Shown here in pieces: positions 29,006-38,499 of a stretch of 64,000 bases of DNA. The translations under genes were made by a program, and so were the position numbers. The notes below the pieces were generated by a model that had not been told where the DNA came from, ran no database searches, and saw only the letters and a program-made list of their open reading frames with translations. Origin of the DNA: an uncultured Gemmatimonadales bacterium (GTDB lineage: Bacteria; Gemmatimonadota; Gemmatimonadetes; Gemmatimonadales; GWC2-71-9); the NCBI GenBank assembly GCA_963730185.1, contig CAVSQW010000006.1:128001-192000 (forward strand), in the 5' to 3' direction. The first letter of the stretch is position 1, and each line of letters opens with the position of its first letter.

Positions 29006-29683
29006 TCAGTCGTCGCGGCTACAGAGGAGAAGTCCACCCAGCTCGTGCCCGACCACCTGTTCGCCGGTCTCGAGGGCAACCCGGACCGGTCCGTTGAACG
29101 GCTGCCGGTCCCGCACAGTCAGCCGGGCGCCGGGGACGAGGCCGTTGGCCGCGAGGTAGCGCAGCCGCTGGTCGTCGGCCGTGTCGACCCGGGCGATGGT
29201 GACCGTCTCGCCGACCTCGAGGTCGGTGAGGGGCACGTGGATGAACTCGGCGATCCGGCCTTCGGCGTCGGGGATCGGATCGCCGTGGGGGTCGACCCGC
29301 GGGTGGCCGAGGGCGTGCGCCATCCGCTCGATCAGGATGTCCGAGACGGCGTGCTCGAGCCGTTCGGCCTCGTCGTGCACGGTGTCCCAGGTATACCCCA
29401 GGAAGTCGACCAGGAAGGCCTCGATCAGGCGGTGGCGACGAAGCACCCGGAGGGCGACCCGCCGTCCCTCCGCCGTCAGCTCGACGCCCCGGTAGGGCAG
29501 GTGCTCCAGCCAGCCTCGCTCGGAGAGCCGCTTGACCATGCCGCTCACCGAGGCCGGTGCCAGCGACAGGTGGTCGGCGATCGCGGTGGTGCTGGCGGGG
29601 CCGTCGGCCGACAGCCGGTAGACGGCCTTGAGGTAGTCCTCGGTCGAGCGGGTGAGCGGCTCCCGGTCCAGGTGGGCGGTCAT
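29006..29683 (-). CDS. DtxR/MntR-family metal-dependent regulator
   Basis: [32 protein letters not shown]-terminal FeoA-like domain. Confidence 0.95.
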   Translation of the reverse strand: MTAHLDREPLTRSTEDYLKAVYRLSADGPASTTAIADHLSLAPASVSGMVKRLSERGWLEHLPYRGVELTAEGRRVALRVLRRHRLIEAFLVDFLGYTWDTVHDEAERLEHAVSDILIERMAHALGHPRVDPHGDPIPDAEGRIAEFIHVPLTDLEVGETVTIARVDTADDQRLRYLAANGLVPGARLTVRDRQPFNGPVRVALETGEQVVGHELGGLLLCSRDD

Positions 29684-29693
29684 GACGCGGCCC

Positions 29694-31937
29694 TCAGACG
29701 CCGCTGGCGAGCCGCCAGATCTGGGCGACCAGGAAGCAGAGCGAGAAGCCCATGACCAGCGGCAGCACCGCGGAGACCACGGTCCACTTCAAGCTCCTGG
29801 TCTCCTTGTAAATGGTGTAGAGCGTGGTCGAGCAGGGGTTGTGGAGCAGCGAGAAGAGCATCAGGCAGAGCCCGGTCAGCGTGGTCCAGCCCGCCGCGCC
29901 GAGGATCTTGCCCACTTCGGTCGCGGAGTCGAGCTGGAACATCACCCCGGCGCCGGCGCCGACGCCGGTCATCCCCGCGGTGAGCACCGTGAGCATGAGC
30001 ACGCTCGGGATCACGATCTCGTTGGCGGGAATCGCGATGACGTAGGCCAGCAGGATGACGCCGTTGAGGCCGACCATCAGGCCGAAGGGATCGAACCAAT
30101 GGACCACGTGCTCGGCCACGCTGGCGCCGCCCACGTGAACGTTGGCGACCAGCCAGATGACCGCGCCGGCCGGGGCGGCGAACACCACCGCCCGCCAGAG
30201 GACGATCAGGGTGCGGTCGATCAGCGAGGTGTAGAGGGTCTCCAGCAGCCGGGGCGGCCGGTAGGGTGGCAGCTCCAGGCTGAAGGTGGTGGCCTCGCCC
30301 TTGAGCATGGTGCGGGTCAGGAACCAGGACGAGAGAAACATCGCGGCGACGCCGAGGAGGGCGATCCCCACCACGGCGGTGGCGGCGACGAACCCGGCGA
30401 TCCGGGGCGGCGCGAGGGCGCCCAGGAAGATGGTGGCGATCAGGATCTGGGTGGGCCACCGCCCGTTGCAGAGCGAGAAGTTGTTGGTGATGATGGCGAC
30501 CAGCCGCTCCCGCGGACTGTCGATGATCCGGGTGGCCACCACGCCGGCGGCGTTGCAGCCGAACCCCATGCACATGGTGAGGGCCTGCTTCCCGTGGGCA
30601 CCGGCCCGCTGGAAGAGCCGGTCCAGGTTGAACGCCACCCGCGGCAGGTAGCCGAAGTCCTCGAGCAAGGTGAAGAGCGGGAAGAAGATCGCCATCGGGG
30701 GGAGCATCACGCTCACCACCCAGGCGGTCGCGAGATAAACCCCGTCGAAGAGAAAGCCGCTCAACCACCAGGGCATCCCGATCCCGGCCCCCAGGGCCTT
30801 GAGTGCCGGATGGGCCTGGTCGATCAGCACGTGGGCGAGCATCTCGGACGGCACGTTGGCGCCGGCGATGGTGATCCAGAAGACCGCCATCAGGAGGAGC
30901 AGCATCACCGGGAACCCCAGCCAGCGGCTGGTGAGGATCCGGTCGAGGGTCCGATCCCAATCGAACCGCGCCTTCCGGACGCCGGTGAGCACGGCCGTCG
31001 CCGCGATCCGCTCGGCCGCGCCGTAGATGCTGGCCATTAGGGCGTCGTGGAAATTCGGGCTCAGGCGCCAACGGGCGTCCTCCACGGCGTCGAGCAGCGC
31101 CTGCTGGGCTCCGGACAGGGGGGCGGCCGGGGCGGCTTCCGGGACCTCCGCCCGCCATTCCCCGCTCGCGAGGTGCCCGATCTCGCCGTTCCGGACCGCG
31201 GCGACCACCCGCTCGTCGGCGTTGAGCAGCCGGAGCGCCACCCAGCGAGCGTTAGGCAGGGCCGGAAAGGCGGCCTCGATCAGGGGCACCAGCGAGGAGA
31301 TGGCGGACTCGACTTCGGGCGGGTGCTCCTCGATCCGGAACGGCACCGGGCGACGGACGCCGGTCGCCACGTCGTGAATCGCCCGCTGCAGCTCGGTCAC
31401 CCCCTCGCCCCGGCGGGCGGAGGTGGGCACCACCGGCACGCCGAGCGCCTGCTCGAGCTTGATCGGATCGACCGCGATGCCGTGGCGGCGGGCTTCGTCC
31501 ATGAGATTGAGACAGAGCACCACCCGGTCGGTGATCTCGAGCACCTGGAGAGCCAGGTTGAGATTGCGCTCCAGGCGGGTGGCATCGAGCACGACGACGG
31601 TCACGTCGGGGCGGCCAAAGAGAATGAAATCGCGGGCGACTTCCTCGTCGGCGCTCCCGGCCTGGAGCGAGTAGGTGCCCGGCAGGTCCACCAAGCGGGC
31701 CCGCTTGCCCTCGTGCACGAACGACCCTTCGGCCCGGGCCACGGTCTTGCCGGGCCAGTTGCCGGTGTGCTGGCGGAGGCCGGTGAGCGCGTTGAAGACC
31801 GTGCTCTTCCCGGTGTTCGGATTGCCGGCGAGGGCCACGAGGTAGTCGTAGCGGCTGGACGGACCGGTCAGGGTCACCAGCTCCGGCCGGCGGCGACCGA
31901 GGCCGAGTGGCCGGTGCGCCGGTGCCTGGCTGGTCAT
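29694..31937 (-). CDS. feoB: Ferrous iron transporter B
   Basis: [38 protein letters not shown]. Confidence 0.96.
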   Translation of the reverse strand: MTSQAPAHRPLGLGRRRPELVTLTGPSSRYDYLVALAGNPNTGKSTVFNALTGLRQHTGNWPGKTVARAEGSFVHEGKRARLVDLPGTYSLQAGSADEEVARDFILFGRPDVTVVVLDATRLERNLNLALQVLEITDRVVLCLNLMDEARRHGIAVDPIKLEQALGVPVVPTSARRGEGVTELQRAIHDVATGVRRPVPFRIEEHPPEVESAISSLVPLIEAAFPALPNARWVALRLLNADERVVAAVRNGEIGHLASGEWRAEVPEAAPAAPLSGAQQALLDAVEDARWRLSPNFHDALMASIYGAAERIAATAVLTGVRKARFDWDRTLDRILTSRWLGFPVMLLLLMAVFWITIAGANVPSEMLAHVLIDQAHPALKALGAGIGMPWWLSGFLFDGVYLATAWVVSVMLPPMAIFFPLFTLLEDFGYLPRVAFNLDRLFQRAGAHGKQALTMCMGFGCNAAGVVATRIIDSPRERLVAIITNNFSLCNGRWPTQILIATIFLGALAPPRIAGFVAATAVVGIALLGVAAMFLSSWFLTRTMLKGEATTFSLELPPYRPPRLLETLYTSLIDRTLIVLWRAVVFAAPAGAVIWLVANVHVGGASVAEHVVHWFDPFGLMVGLNGVILLAYVIAIPANEIVIPSVLMLTVLTAGMTGVGAGAGVMFQLDSATEVGKILGAAGWTTLTGLCLMLFSLLHNPCSTTLYTIYKETRSLKWTVVSAVLPLVMGFSLCFLVAQIWRLASGV

Positions 31938-33004
31938 GAGGCGGCCTCGCCGGCGGCGGCAACGACGGCGGCCTCGAGCGGGTGGCGGCGGATGTAGATC
32001 CCGTGCGCCTGCGGGCGGCGCAGCGCCACCAACGCTCCTCGGATCAGGTAGGCGATCGGGTCACCGGAGGCGCTCCGGAACTCGGCCGTGATCCGGGTGC
32101 CCGGAAGCACCCCGAGATCGAGCAGCCGCCGGCGCTGCGGCCCCTGGACCTCCGGGGCGAGATCCACGACCTCGGCTGACTCGCCCGGCCGAAGGAGGTC
32201 GAGCCGCTCGAACAGTACGGTGTGACCCTCGGCCTCGGCGACCGGCTCGACGGTGACGCCGGCCGCCTCGAGATCCTCCAGCCTGGTGGCGCGGCCGCCC
32301 ACCAGGACATGCACGTCGCTGCCCTCCTTCGCGATGACCTTGATCGGGGCGGCTGGGACGAAGCCGGCCGCGACGAGCCGCCGATAGACGGGCTCGGGTT
32401 CGTCTTCGACATGGACGACATTGGCCGTCGCGCCGGGCGCGAGGGTCGCGAGCGAGACCCCCTCCAGCGGCGGCAGCTTGCCTTGGGCGGTGGGGATCGG
32501 GTCGCCGTGAGGATCACGCAGCGGGTCGCCCAGCCGAGCCGCGAGGGCCTCGACCTGACCTTCCGTCAGGGCGTGCTCGCGGGTCTCGGCCAGCGGGTGC
32601 CACTGAGCCGGCGCGAGTCCGGTGTGATCGGCGAAGTAGCGTTCCAGCAACCGATGGGTCCGGAGGATCCGGAGCGCGTAGGTGCGACCTTCGGGGGTGA
32701 GCCTGAGGCCGGGCTCGTCGTAGGCAGCCAGCCCGAGCGCGGCCAGGCGCGAGGCCAACACATGGGCTCGCCACCGCGCGATCTCGAGGGCGCCGGCCAG
32801 ACTGGTGACGGCCACCGGCTGGCCGGCCAGCTCGCCGTTGATCAGCTGCTTGAGCGCGTCCTCGACCAGCACCCGCTCGGAGAGGCGCCGGAGTCTGGCG
32901 ATTCTGGCCACCACCCCTCGGCCGGGCCAGAAGAGCACCGCCATCGCCGTGGCGACAAGGCCGAACCAGAGCAGGGAGGTTGCGGGATCAACGGCCGGTA
33001 GCAT
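31934..33004 (-). CDS. Membrane-anchored DtxR-like protein with two FeoA domains
   Basis: N-terminal [39 protein letters not shown]...[10 protein letters not shown]. Confidence 0.85.
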   Translation of the reverse strand: MLPAVDPATSLLWFGLVATAMAVLFWPGRGVVARIARLRRLSERVLVEDALKQLINGELAGQPVAVTSLAGALEIARWRAHVLASRLAALGLAAYDEPGLRLTPEGRTYALRILRTHRLLERYFADHTGLAPAQWHPLAETREHALTEGQVEALAARLGDPLRDPHGDPIPTAQGKLPPLEGVSLATLAPGATANVVHVEDEPEPVYRRLVAAGFVPAAPIKVIAKEGSDVHVLVGGRATRLEDLEAAGVTVEPVAEAEGHTVLFERLDLLRPGESAEVVDLAPEVQGPQRRRLLDLGVLPGTRITAEFRSASGDPIAYLIRGALVALRRPQAHGIYIRRHPLEAAVVAAAGEAAS

Positions 33005-33044
33005 TATGGGCTAAATCCAATATTAGCTGTATTAAAAAACGTAG

Positions 33045-33076
33045 TTTAGGCTAGCCTAAATTCCTTCGCCGGTCAA
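33045..33076 (-). promoter_or_regulatory. DtxR/MntR-type operator overlapping the promoter
   Basis: Perfect palindrome TTTAGGCTAGCCTAAA (33045-33060); TTGACC-17 bp-TAGCCT on the minus strand. Confidence 0.82.
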
Positions 33077-33100
33077 GCCCCTCAACCGGCCCCGACCGGC

Positions 33101-33685
33101 TCAGTCCTCGGCCGACAAGAGCTGGAGCAACGGGGTCAGGATCCGCTCGGTCATCCCCCAGACCACGCCTTGCGGCAGGTGGTAGCCCGGGAACCGGATT
33201 CGGGAGCCGCGGAGCTGATACTCGTAGGGACGGTAGATGTCGGGGACGATCAGGCGGTCGACGTCGGCCCAGAACGCCTCCGCCACCTCGTGGTTGGGCA
33301 CCGGTCGGCGGTGGGCGGGCAGCCGGAACACATAGGGTCGAACCAGGACCGGCGGGAGGCTGGGCGTGCGGGGGGCGATGTCGTCCAGCACGCCGATCAG
33401 GCGAGCGTCGGCGAGATCGATGCCGACCTCCTCGAGGGTCTCGCGCCGAGCGGTGGCGGTAAGGTCGGGGTCCTCGGGTTGCCATCGGCCGCCGGGAAAG
33501 GCCATTTGCCCGGACCAGCGGTCGTCATTCCGTTCGGCCCGCCGGATGAGGAGGAAGGCGTCGGGGTCGGGGGCCGCGACGATGGCGACCGCGGCGAGCT
33601 TCCGGGCCGGGTCGTCCACCACCTCCGGCCGCCGAGCTTCGAGCCGGCGCGCCAGGCGATCGAGCCGGCTCAGTGGAGGCGACAC
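33101..33685 (-). CDS. Nudix CoA pyrophosphatase
   Basis: WSGQMAFPGG, TARRETLEEVG, VWGMTERI. Confidence 0.9.
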   Translation of the reverse strand: MSPPLSRLDRLARRLEARRPEVVDDPARKLAAVAIVAAPDPDAFLLIRRAERNDDRWSGQMAFPGGRWQPEDPDLTATARRETLEEVGIDLADARLIGVLDDIAPRTPSLPPVLVRPYVFRLPAHRRPVPNHEVAEAFWADVDRLIVPDIYRPYEYQLRGSRIRFPGYHLPQGVVWGMTERILTPLLQLLSAED

Positions 33686-33802
33686 GCTCCCCCGCCCGAG
33701 GAGACGACCCCCTCGCACCCGGTGCCGCAATGGTCACAGCGATACTCGTAGCTCGGCATGCGATGCAGATTGCGGGGACCGACCCGCCCGGGGCAAGGGT
33801 GC

Positions 33803-34639
33803 TCAGCTCAGGTTTGCCCCCAGGAACGTGACGGTCGCATCGAAGACCTGTTCGAGCGCCGGCGTCATGCCGGCAAACGGGTGGACGGCCCCGAACGTGT
33901 GCCCCGCCCCGGCGATCCGGACCAGCCGGGCGTTGTCGCCCGCCTCGCGGGCCAGCAGCTCGGCTTCGGCGAACGGGACGGCCTCGTCCTGCTCGCCGTG
34001 GACGATCAGCCACGGCAGGTGGAGCGCCCCGGCCGCCGCCGGGATGTCGAGCACGTCGCCGGCGTGGGCTTCCACGTCGTCGAGGACGTCGGTGTACATC
34101 GGAAGGACCTCGCCGGTACGGCTGTTGACCACGTCGAGTCGCCCCTTCTCCCGCCATTCCTTTCGCTGGCCGACGCTCCAACGCTCGATGGTGGCCACGG
34201 CCGCCCAGGTCGCCAGCGCACCGAACCGGGGGTGCCGGTGGGCGGCGAGGATGGCCATCCCCCCGCCTCGGGAGTGGCCGACGATCCCGACCGAGGTCGG
34301 TCGGGGGGCACCCAGGGCGCCGGTGTCCAGGGCATCCAGCACGGCCGCGATGTCGGCCTGTTCGGCGGTGAAGGTGTTGTGGCCGAACCGTTCGGGCCAG
34401 GCGGACCGCCCGTCGTCGTCGACGCCGCTTCCGCTCACGTTGAAGGACACGGTGACGAATCCGCTCCGGGCCAGTCGTTCGGCGAACGGCGGGAACATGC
34501 CCCAGTCCTTGAAGCCCTTGAAGCCGTGCAGGACCAGCACGGCCGGCGCGGGCGACGAGCGGTCGGCGGCGCGCACGTCGATCAGGATTTCGCCGAGGAC
34601 ACCGGGGAGCCGGAATTTCGAGAGCGATGGAGTGGCCAT
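33803..34639 (-). CDS. Alpha/beta hydrolase
   Basis: HGFKGFKDWG, GHSRGG, HGEQD, GAGHTF. Confidence 0.9.
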   Translation of the reverse strand: MATPSLSKFRLPGVLGEILIDVRAADRSSPAPAVLVLHGFKGFKDWGMFPPFAERLARSGFVTVSFNVSGSGVDDDGRSAWPERFGHNTFTAEQADIAAVLDALDTGALGAPRPTSVGIVGHSRGGGMAILAAHRHPRFGALATWAAVATIERWSVGQRKEWREKGRLDVVNSRTGEVLPMYTDVLDDVEAHAGDVLDIPAAAGALHLPWLIVHGEQDEAVPFAEAELLAREAGDNARLVRIAGAGHTFGAVHPFAGMTPALEQVFDATVTFLGANLS

Positions 34640-34838
34640 GGTCACCCACGGAAACGGAGTCTCGGACCCGCGCGCAACAGGGTTGCCTGACGGGTCGCGT
34701 CGAACGACCTTCAACGGAGTCGGTCTCCCAAATTGGGGGGCGGGCCGACCGATTGCCAGTTCCAGGGCGGCGGACCCAACCGTCGTCGGGTCGGACGGAT
34801 CGCCGACATCGAGCGGGTCTCTCCGAAAGGGGTCTCCT

Positions 34839-35405
34839 CTGCGGGCATCTCATCCCACGCTGGTGGCGGCGAGCCGCGCGATCGCGGAGCACCGCGACGC
34901 CATGGCGGCTCGCTGGATGGAGTGGCTCGGCGATCGAGTCACCGGCACGACCGCGGCGTCCCCGGAGCTGGTGGAGGAGGAATTCCGCCTGATCCTCGAT
35001 CTGTTCGCGGTGCTGGTCGGCCCGATGCGACGGGAGGCCCGGCCCATCTGGCAGCGCGTCGCGGAGCAATACGGTCGCCAGGCCGCCGCGCGCGGCCTCG
35101 CCGCCGGTGAGGTGGTGGAGGAGATGCAGTACCTGCGCGAGCTCCTGATCCGGTATCTCTCACCGGCGATCGCCGCGGTGCGGCCCCGGCAAGGGATGGC
35201 GCTCCTGCTCCGGCTCAACCGGCTGGTGGACCGGGGCGTGGCGATGGCGGTGGTCGGCTACACCGACGCGATGGTCGCCACCCTCCTGCCGCAGGGCGAC
35301 GGGCGCTCGGCCCCGACGGCCGCACCCGACCCCGACGAGGAGCGAGCTCGGTTCGCCTCGCTCCGCGAAGAGCTCCAGCACATCCTGGTCGTCGGAGCGG
35401 CCTGA
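34839..35405 (+). CDS. Stand-alone RsbRD-N/globin-like helical protein
   Basis: YGRQAAARGLAAGEVVEEMQYLRELL; start uncertain (CTG 34839 after AAAGGGG, or ATG 34902). Confidence 0.62.
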   Translation: MRASHPTLVAASRAIAEHRDAMAARWMEWLGDRVTGTTAASPELVEEEFRLILDLFAVLVGPMRREARPIWQRVAEQYGRQAAARGLAAGEVVEEMQYLRELLIRYLSPAIAAVRPRQGMALLLRLNRLVDRGVAMAVVGYTDAMVATLLPQGDGRSAPTAAPDPDEERARFASLREELQHILVVGAA

Positions 35406-35502
35406 CCCTTTCGCGAAAAACCGCGCCGCTTCGCGCGGGTTCGGTTCCCATCCTTCGTCGTTCGAGGCCTAGCGTCGGTGCTCACGCACCGCGCGAGGCC
35501 TC

Positions 35503-38499
35503 GTGTCGCTCAAGCCGTTCCTCACCGCCGTCAAGCGCCTGGAGCAACTCCCGGCCCTGGTCCGCGAGTTGGGACTGGAGCCCACTTGGCACGAACTCGA
35601 TCCCGCCACTCTGCCGGCGGCCACCGAGCTGGTCGGCCGGGCGGCGGTGGTCGGACGGCGCGCGGGACTCCTCGGCCTCGGACTCGAGACGGACACGCCG
35701 GTGCCGGCGGCCCGCGCCGTGGCCCGGCGCCTCTCCTTCCGCGGCCAAGCGGCACTCGTTTTCGCGCTCGACCCGACCCGCCGGATCCTGATCGTCGTGG
35801 CGGCCGCCGGCGACTGTCCCTCGCTGGCGGTCGATCTGGCCCGACCGGCCGCCCACCACCTCGCCCTCCTCGAACGGGGCCGGACCAGCGCCGCGGACAC
35901 GGGCGGGTCGCTGGCCCGGGGTTGGGCCGAGGCACTCTCGGGGCAGGAGCTGGGGGCTCGCTTCTTCGCGGCCTTCCGGCGCACGCTGGACCGGCTGGTG
36001 GCCGCGTTGCCGGGCACCCTTCCCCGCCGCGACCGTCATGCCTTGGGGTTGGTGTCGCTCACCCGAGTGCTGGTCCTCTACTTCGTGCAGAGCCGGGGAT
36101 GGCTCGACGGCCGGGAGCGCTTCCTCCGCGAGGAGCTGGATCGGTGCCTGACCCGGAAGCAGCCGGTCGACGCCACCCTCTTTCGCCCGCTCTTCTTCGG
36201 CACCCTCAACCGCCCACCCGAGCGCCGGCGCCGCGCGTCCCGGCGGTTCGGACGGATCCCGTTCTTGAACGGCGGGCTCTTCGAGGCGCACCCGCTGGAG
36301 CGGCGGCATCGGCCGTCGATTCCCGATCCGGTCTGGCGAGACGCGTTCGACGACCTGTTCGAGCGCTACCACTTCGCGATCCGGGACCCGGACGAAGGCA
36401 CCACCACCATCGGGCCCGACATGCTGGGCCGGGTGTTCGAGGGGGTCATGGACCCCGACGAACGCCGCGGCGCGGGCGTCTACTACACTCCGGCCCACCT
36501 GGTGACCGAGGTGGTCGACTCCGCCCTGACCCACTGGCTGGCCGCGCGCGACTTGGGCCCGGCCCGGCTCGATGACCCGGCGCCAGCCGAGCGGCAGGCG
36601 CTGGCCGAGATCACGGTGCTCGATCCGGCCGCGGGCAGCGGGGCGTTCCTCCTGGGCGCGCTGGCCCGATTGGTCGAGGTCCGGGTGGACGGCGGCCAGC
36701 GGCGGAGCCCGGCGACCCGGGCGGTGCTCGCCACCAACCTCTTCGGCGTGGACGTCAATCCCAACGCCGTCCGGCTGGCCGAGCTGCGGCTCTGGCTCGA
36801 GGTGCTCGCGGCGGAGGACGCCGAGGGGCCCGACGGCGTGGCGCCGCTCCCCAACCTCGACGGCTTCGTGCGCCAGGGCGACAGCCTGATCGAGCCGGTC
36901 CAGGCAACGGTGGCGGTCGGCGGGGTGTTGGCCGGACGGGTCGCCGCGATCCGGCGCGGGGTGGCGAGCGCCGTGGGCTCGGCCAAGCGGCGGCTCCTCC
37001 GCCGGCTCCGGCGGGCCGAGCTCGACGCCGCCCGCCAGGCAATCGCCACGGCGGGAGAGCGGGTCGAGGCCGAGCTGAGGGAGGTCCGATCGGCCCTCCG
37101 AGCTCCCGGGCTCTTCGACGACGGGCCGCCGCCCGCTCGGCGGTTGACCCGGACCCTGGAACGGCTCCGCCGAGAGCGGACCCGACTCCGCCGGTTGGCA
37201 CGCCGGCTCCGCGACGCCGACGAGGTCCCCTGGTTCCACTACGGCTCGCAGTTCGGCGACGTCATGGCCCGGGGCGGCTTCGACCTGGTCCTCGGCAATC
37301 CGCCCTGGGTCCGGGCCGAGGCGCTGGGCCCGGCCGAGCGCCGGGAGCTGAAACAGCGGTCGCGATGGTTCCGGGCCGCACCCGACCGCCCGGGCGGCTA
37401 CGCCCACCTGCCGGACCTCTCGATTCCGTTCCTGGAGCGGGCCGTCGCGCTGACCCGCCCGGGGGGCGTCACCGCGATGCTCCTTCCGGCCAAGCTGCTG
37501 ACGGCGGGCTACGCCGCCGTCGCCCGGGAGGAGCTGACCCGGCGGACCACCCTGCTGGTGGCCGCCGACCTGACGGACTCGCATCCCGGGGCCTTCCACG
37601 CCACGGTCTACCCGCTGGCCCTGGTGTTGGGTCGGGCGACGCCCCCGCCGGACCACCGGCTGGCCACCGCGCTGGGCGGGCCGGCGGAAGCACCCGGGGG
37701 CGTCGCCCAGTCGACGTTAGGCAGGGCTCCCTGGATTCTCCGGAGCGACCCGGTGCGGGACGCCTTGGCGGCGGTGCGGGGCGCGCATCCCACGCTGGCC
37801 GACCGCTTTCGGATCCGGCTGGGGGTCAAGACCGGATGCGACGCTGCGTTCCTCGACCCGGGCCCGACGGTGGAGCGGAGTCTGGTCCGTCCGGTCATCC
37901 GAGGACGCGACGTCAAGGCGTTCGCGGTGACACCCGGCCACACGATGCTCTGGACCCATGACGAGCAGGGCGCACCGCTCCGCTCGCTGCCTCCGGCGGC
38001 GGCCGCCCACCTCGCCGGGCACGAGGCGGCGCTCCGCCGCCGGGCCGATCTCGGGACCGAGCCGTTCTGGACGGTGTTCCGGGTCGACGCCGCGCTTCCG
38101 CGCTGGCGGGTCGCGTGGGCCGACCTGGCCCGGCGGCTGGAGGCCGCGCCGCTCCTCGGCCGGACGGTCGCCGGCGCCATCCCGCTCAACTCCTGCTACC
38201 TGCTCGCGACGCCGTCCCGCGACACCGCGCTCCGGCTGGCCGTCTGGCTCAACACCACCTGGCTCCGGGTCGTGGCCCGCTCGCTCGCGACCCGCGCCGC
38301 GTCGGGGTTCGGCCGGTACGGCGCGGCGACCGTCGGCGCCTTGCCCCTCCCCGACTCGGTGCTCGCCGACCAGGCCCTGCTGTCGCTGGGCCGAGCCGCC
38401 CTTCGATCCCAACGACTGGATCAGGCCGGTGCCGACGAGGCGGCGGCCGAGATTCTCCGCCTGCCGGCCGCGCAGCGGGCGGTCCTCCGGGAGGGGTGA
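35503..38499 (+). CDS. Large N6-adenine DNA methyltransferase (Eco57I/type IIG-like)
   Basis: IPFLNGGLFE, MLGRVFEG, GVYYTP, VLDPAAGSGAFL, LFGVD, FDLVLGNPPW. Confidence 0.88.
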   Translation: MSLKPFLTAVKRLEQLPALVRELGLEPTWHELDPATLPAATELVGRAAVVGRRAGLLGLGLETDTPVPAARAVARRLSFRGQAALVFALDPTRRILIVVAAAGDCPSLAVDLARPAAHHLALLERGRTSAADTGGSLARGWAEALSGQELGARFFAAFRRTLDRLVAALPGTLPRRDRHALGLVSLTRVLVLYFVQSRGWLDGRERFLREELDRCLTRKQPVDATLFRPLFFGTLNRPPERRRRASRRFGRIPFLNGGLFEAHPLERRHRPSIPDPVWRDAFDDLFERYHFAIRDPDEGTTTIGPDMLGRVFEGVMDPDERRGAGVYYTPAHLVTEVVDSALTHWLAARDLGPARLDDPAPAERQALAEITVLDPAAGSGAFLLGALARLVEVRVDGGQRRSPATRAVLATNLFGVDVNPNAVRLAELRLWLEVLAAEDAEGPDGVAPLPNLDGFVRQGDSLIEPVQATVAVGGVLAGRVAAIRRGVASAVGSAKRRLLRRLRRAELDAARQAIATAGERVEAELREVRSALRAPGLFDDGPPPARRLTRTLERLRRERTRLRRLARRLRDADEVPWFHYGSQFGDVMARGGFDLVLGNPPWVRAEALGPAERRELKQRSRWFRAAPDRPGGYAHLPDLSIPFLERAVALTRPGGVTAMLLPAKLLTAGYAAVAREELTRRTTLLVAADLTDSHPGAFHATVYPLALVLGRATPPPDHRLATALGGPAEAPGGVAQSTLGRAPWILRSDPVRDALAAVRGAHPTLADRFRIRLGVKTGCDAAFLDPGPTVERSLVRPVIRGRDVKAFAVTPGHTMLWTHDEQGAPLRSLPPAAAAHLAGHEAALRRRADLGTEPFWTVFRVDAALPRWRVAWADLARRLEAAPLLGRTVAGAIPLNSCYLLATPSRDTALRLAVWLNTTWLRVVARSLATRAASGFGRYGAATVGALPLPDSVLADQALLSLGRAALRSQRLDQAGADEAAAEILRLPAAQRAVLREG

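Noticed and set aside
33366..35405. 679-aa ORF, and likewise the 701-aa ORF at 46865-48970
   Set aside because: The 5' parts are antisense shadows of real genes; only the 3' parts are coding
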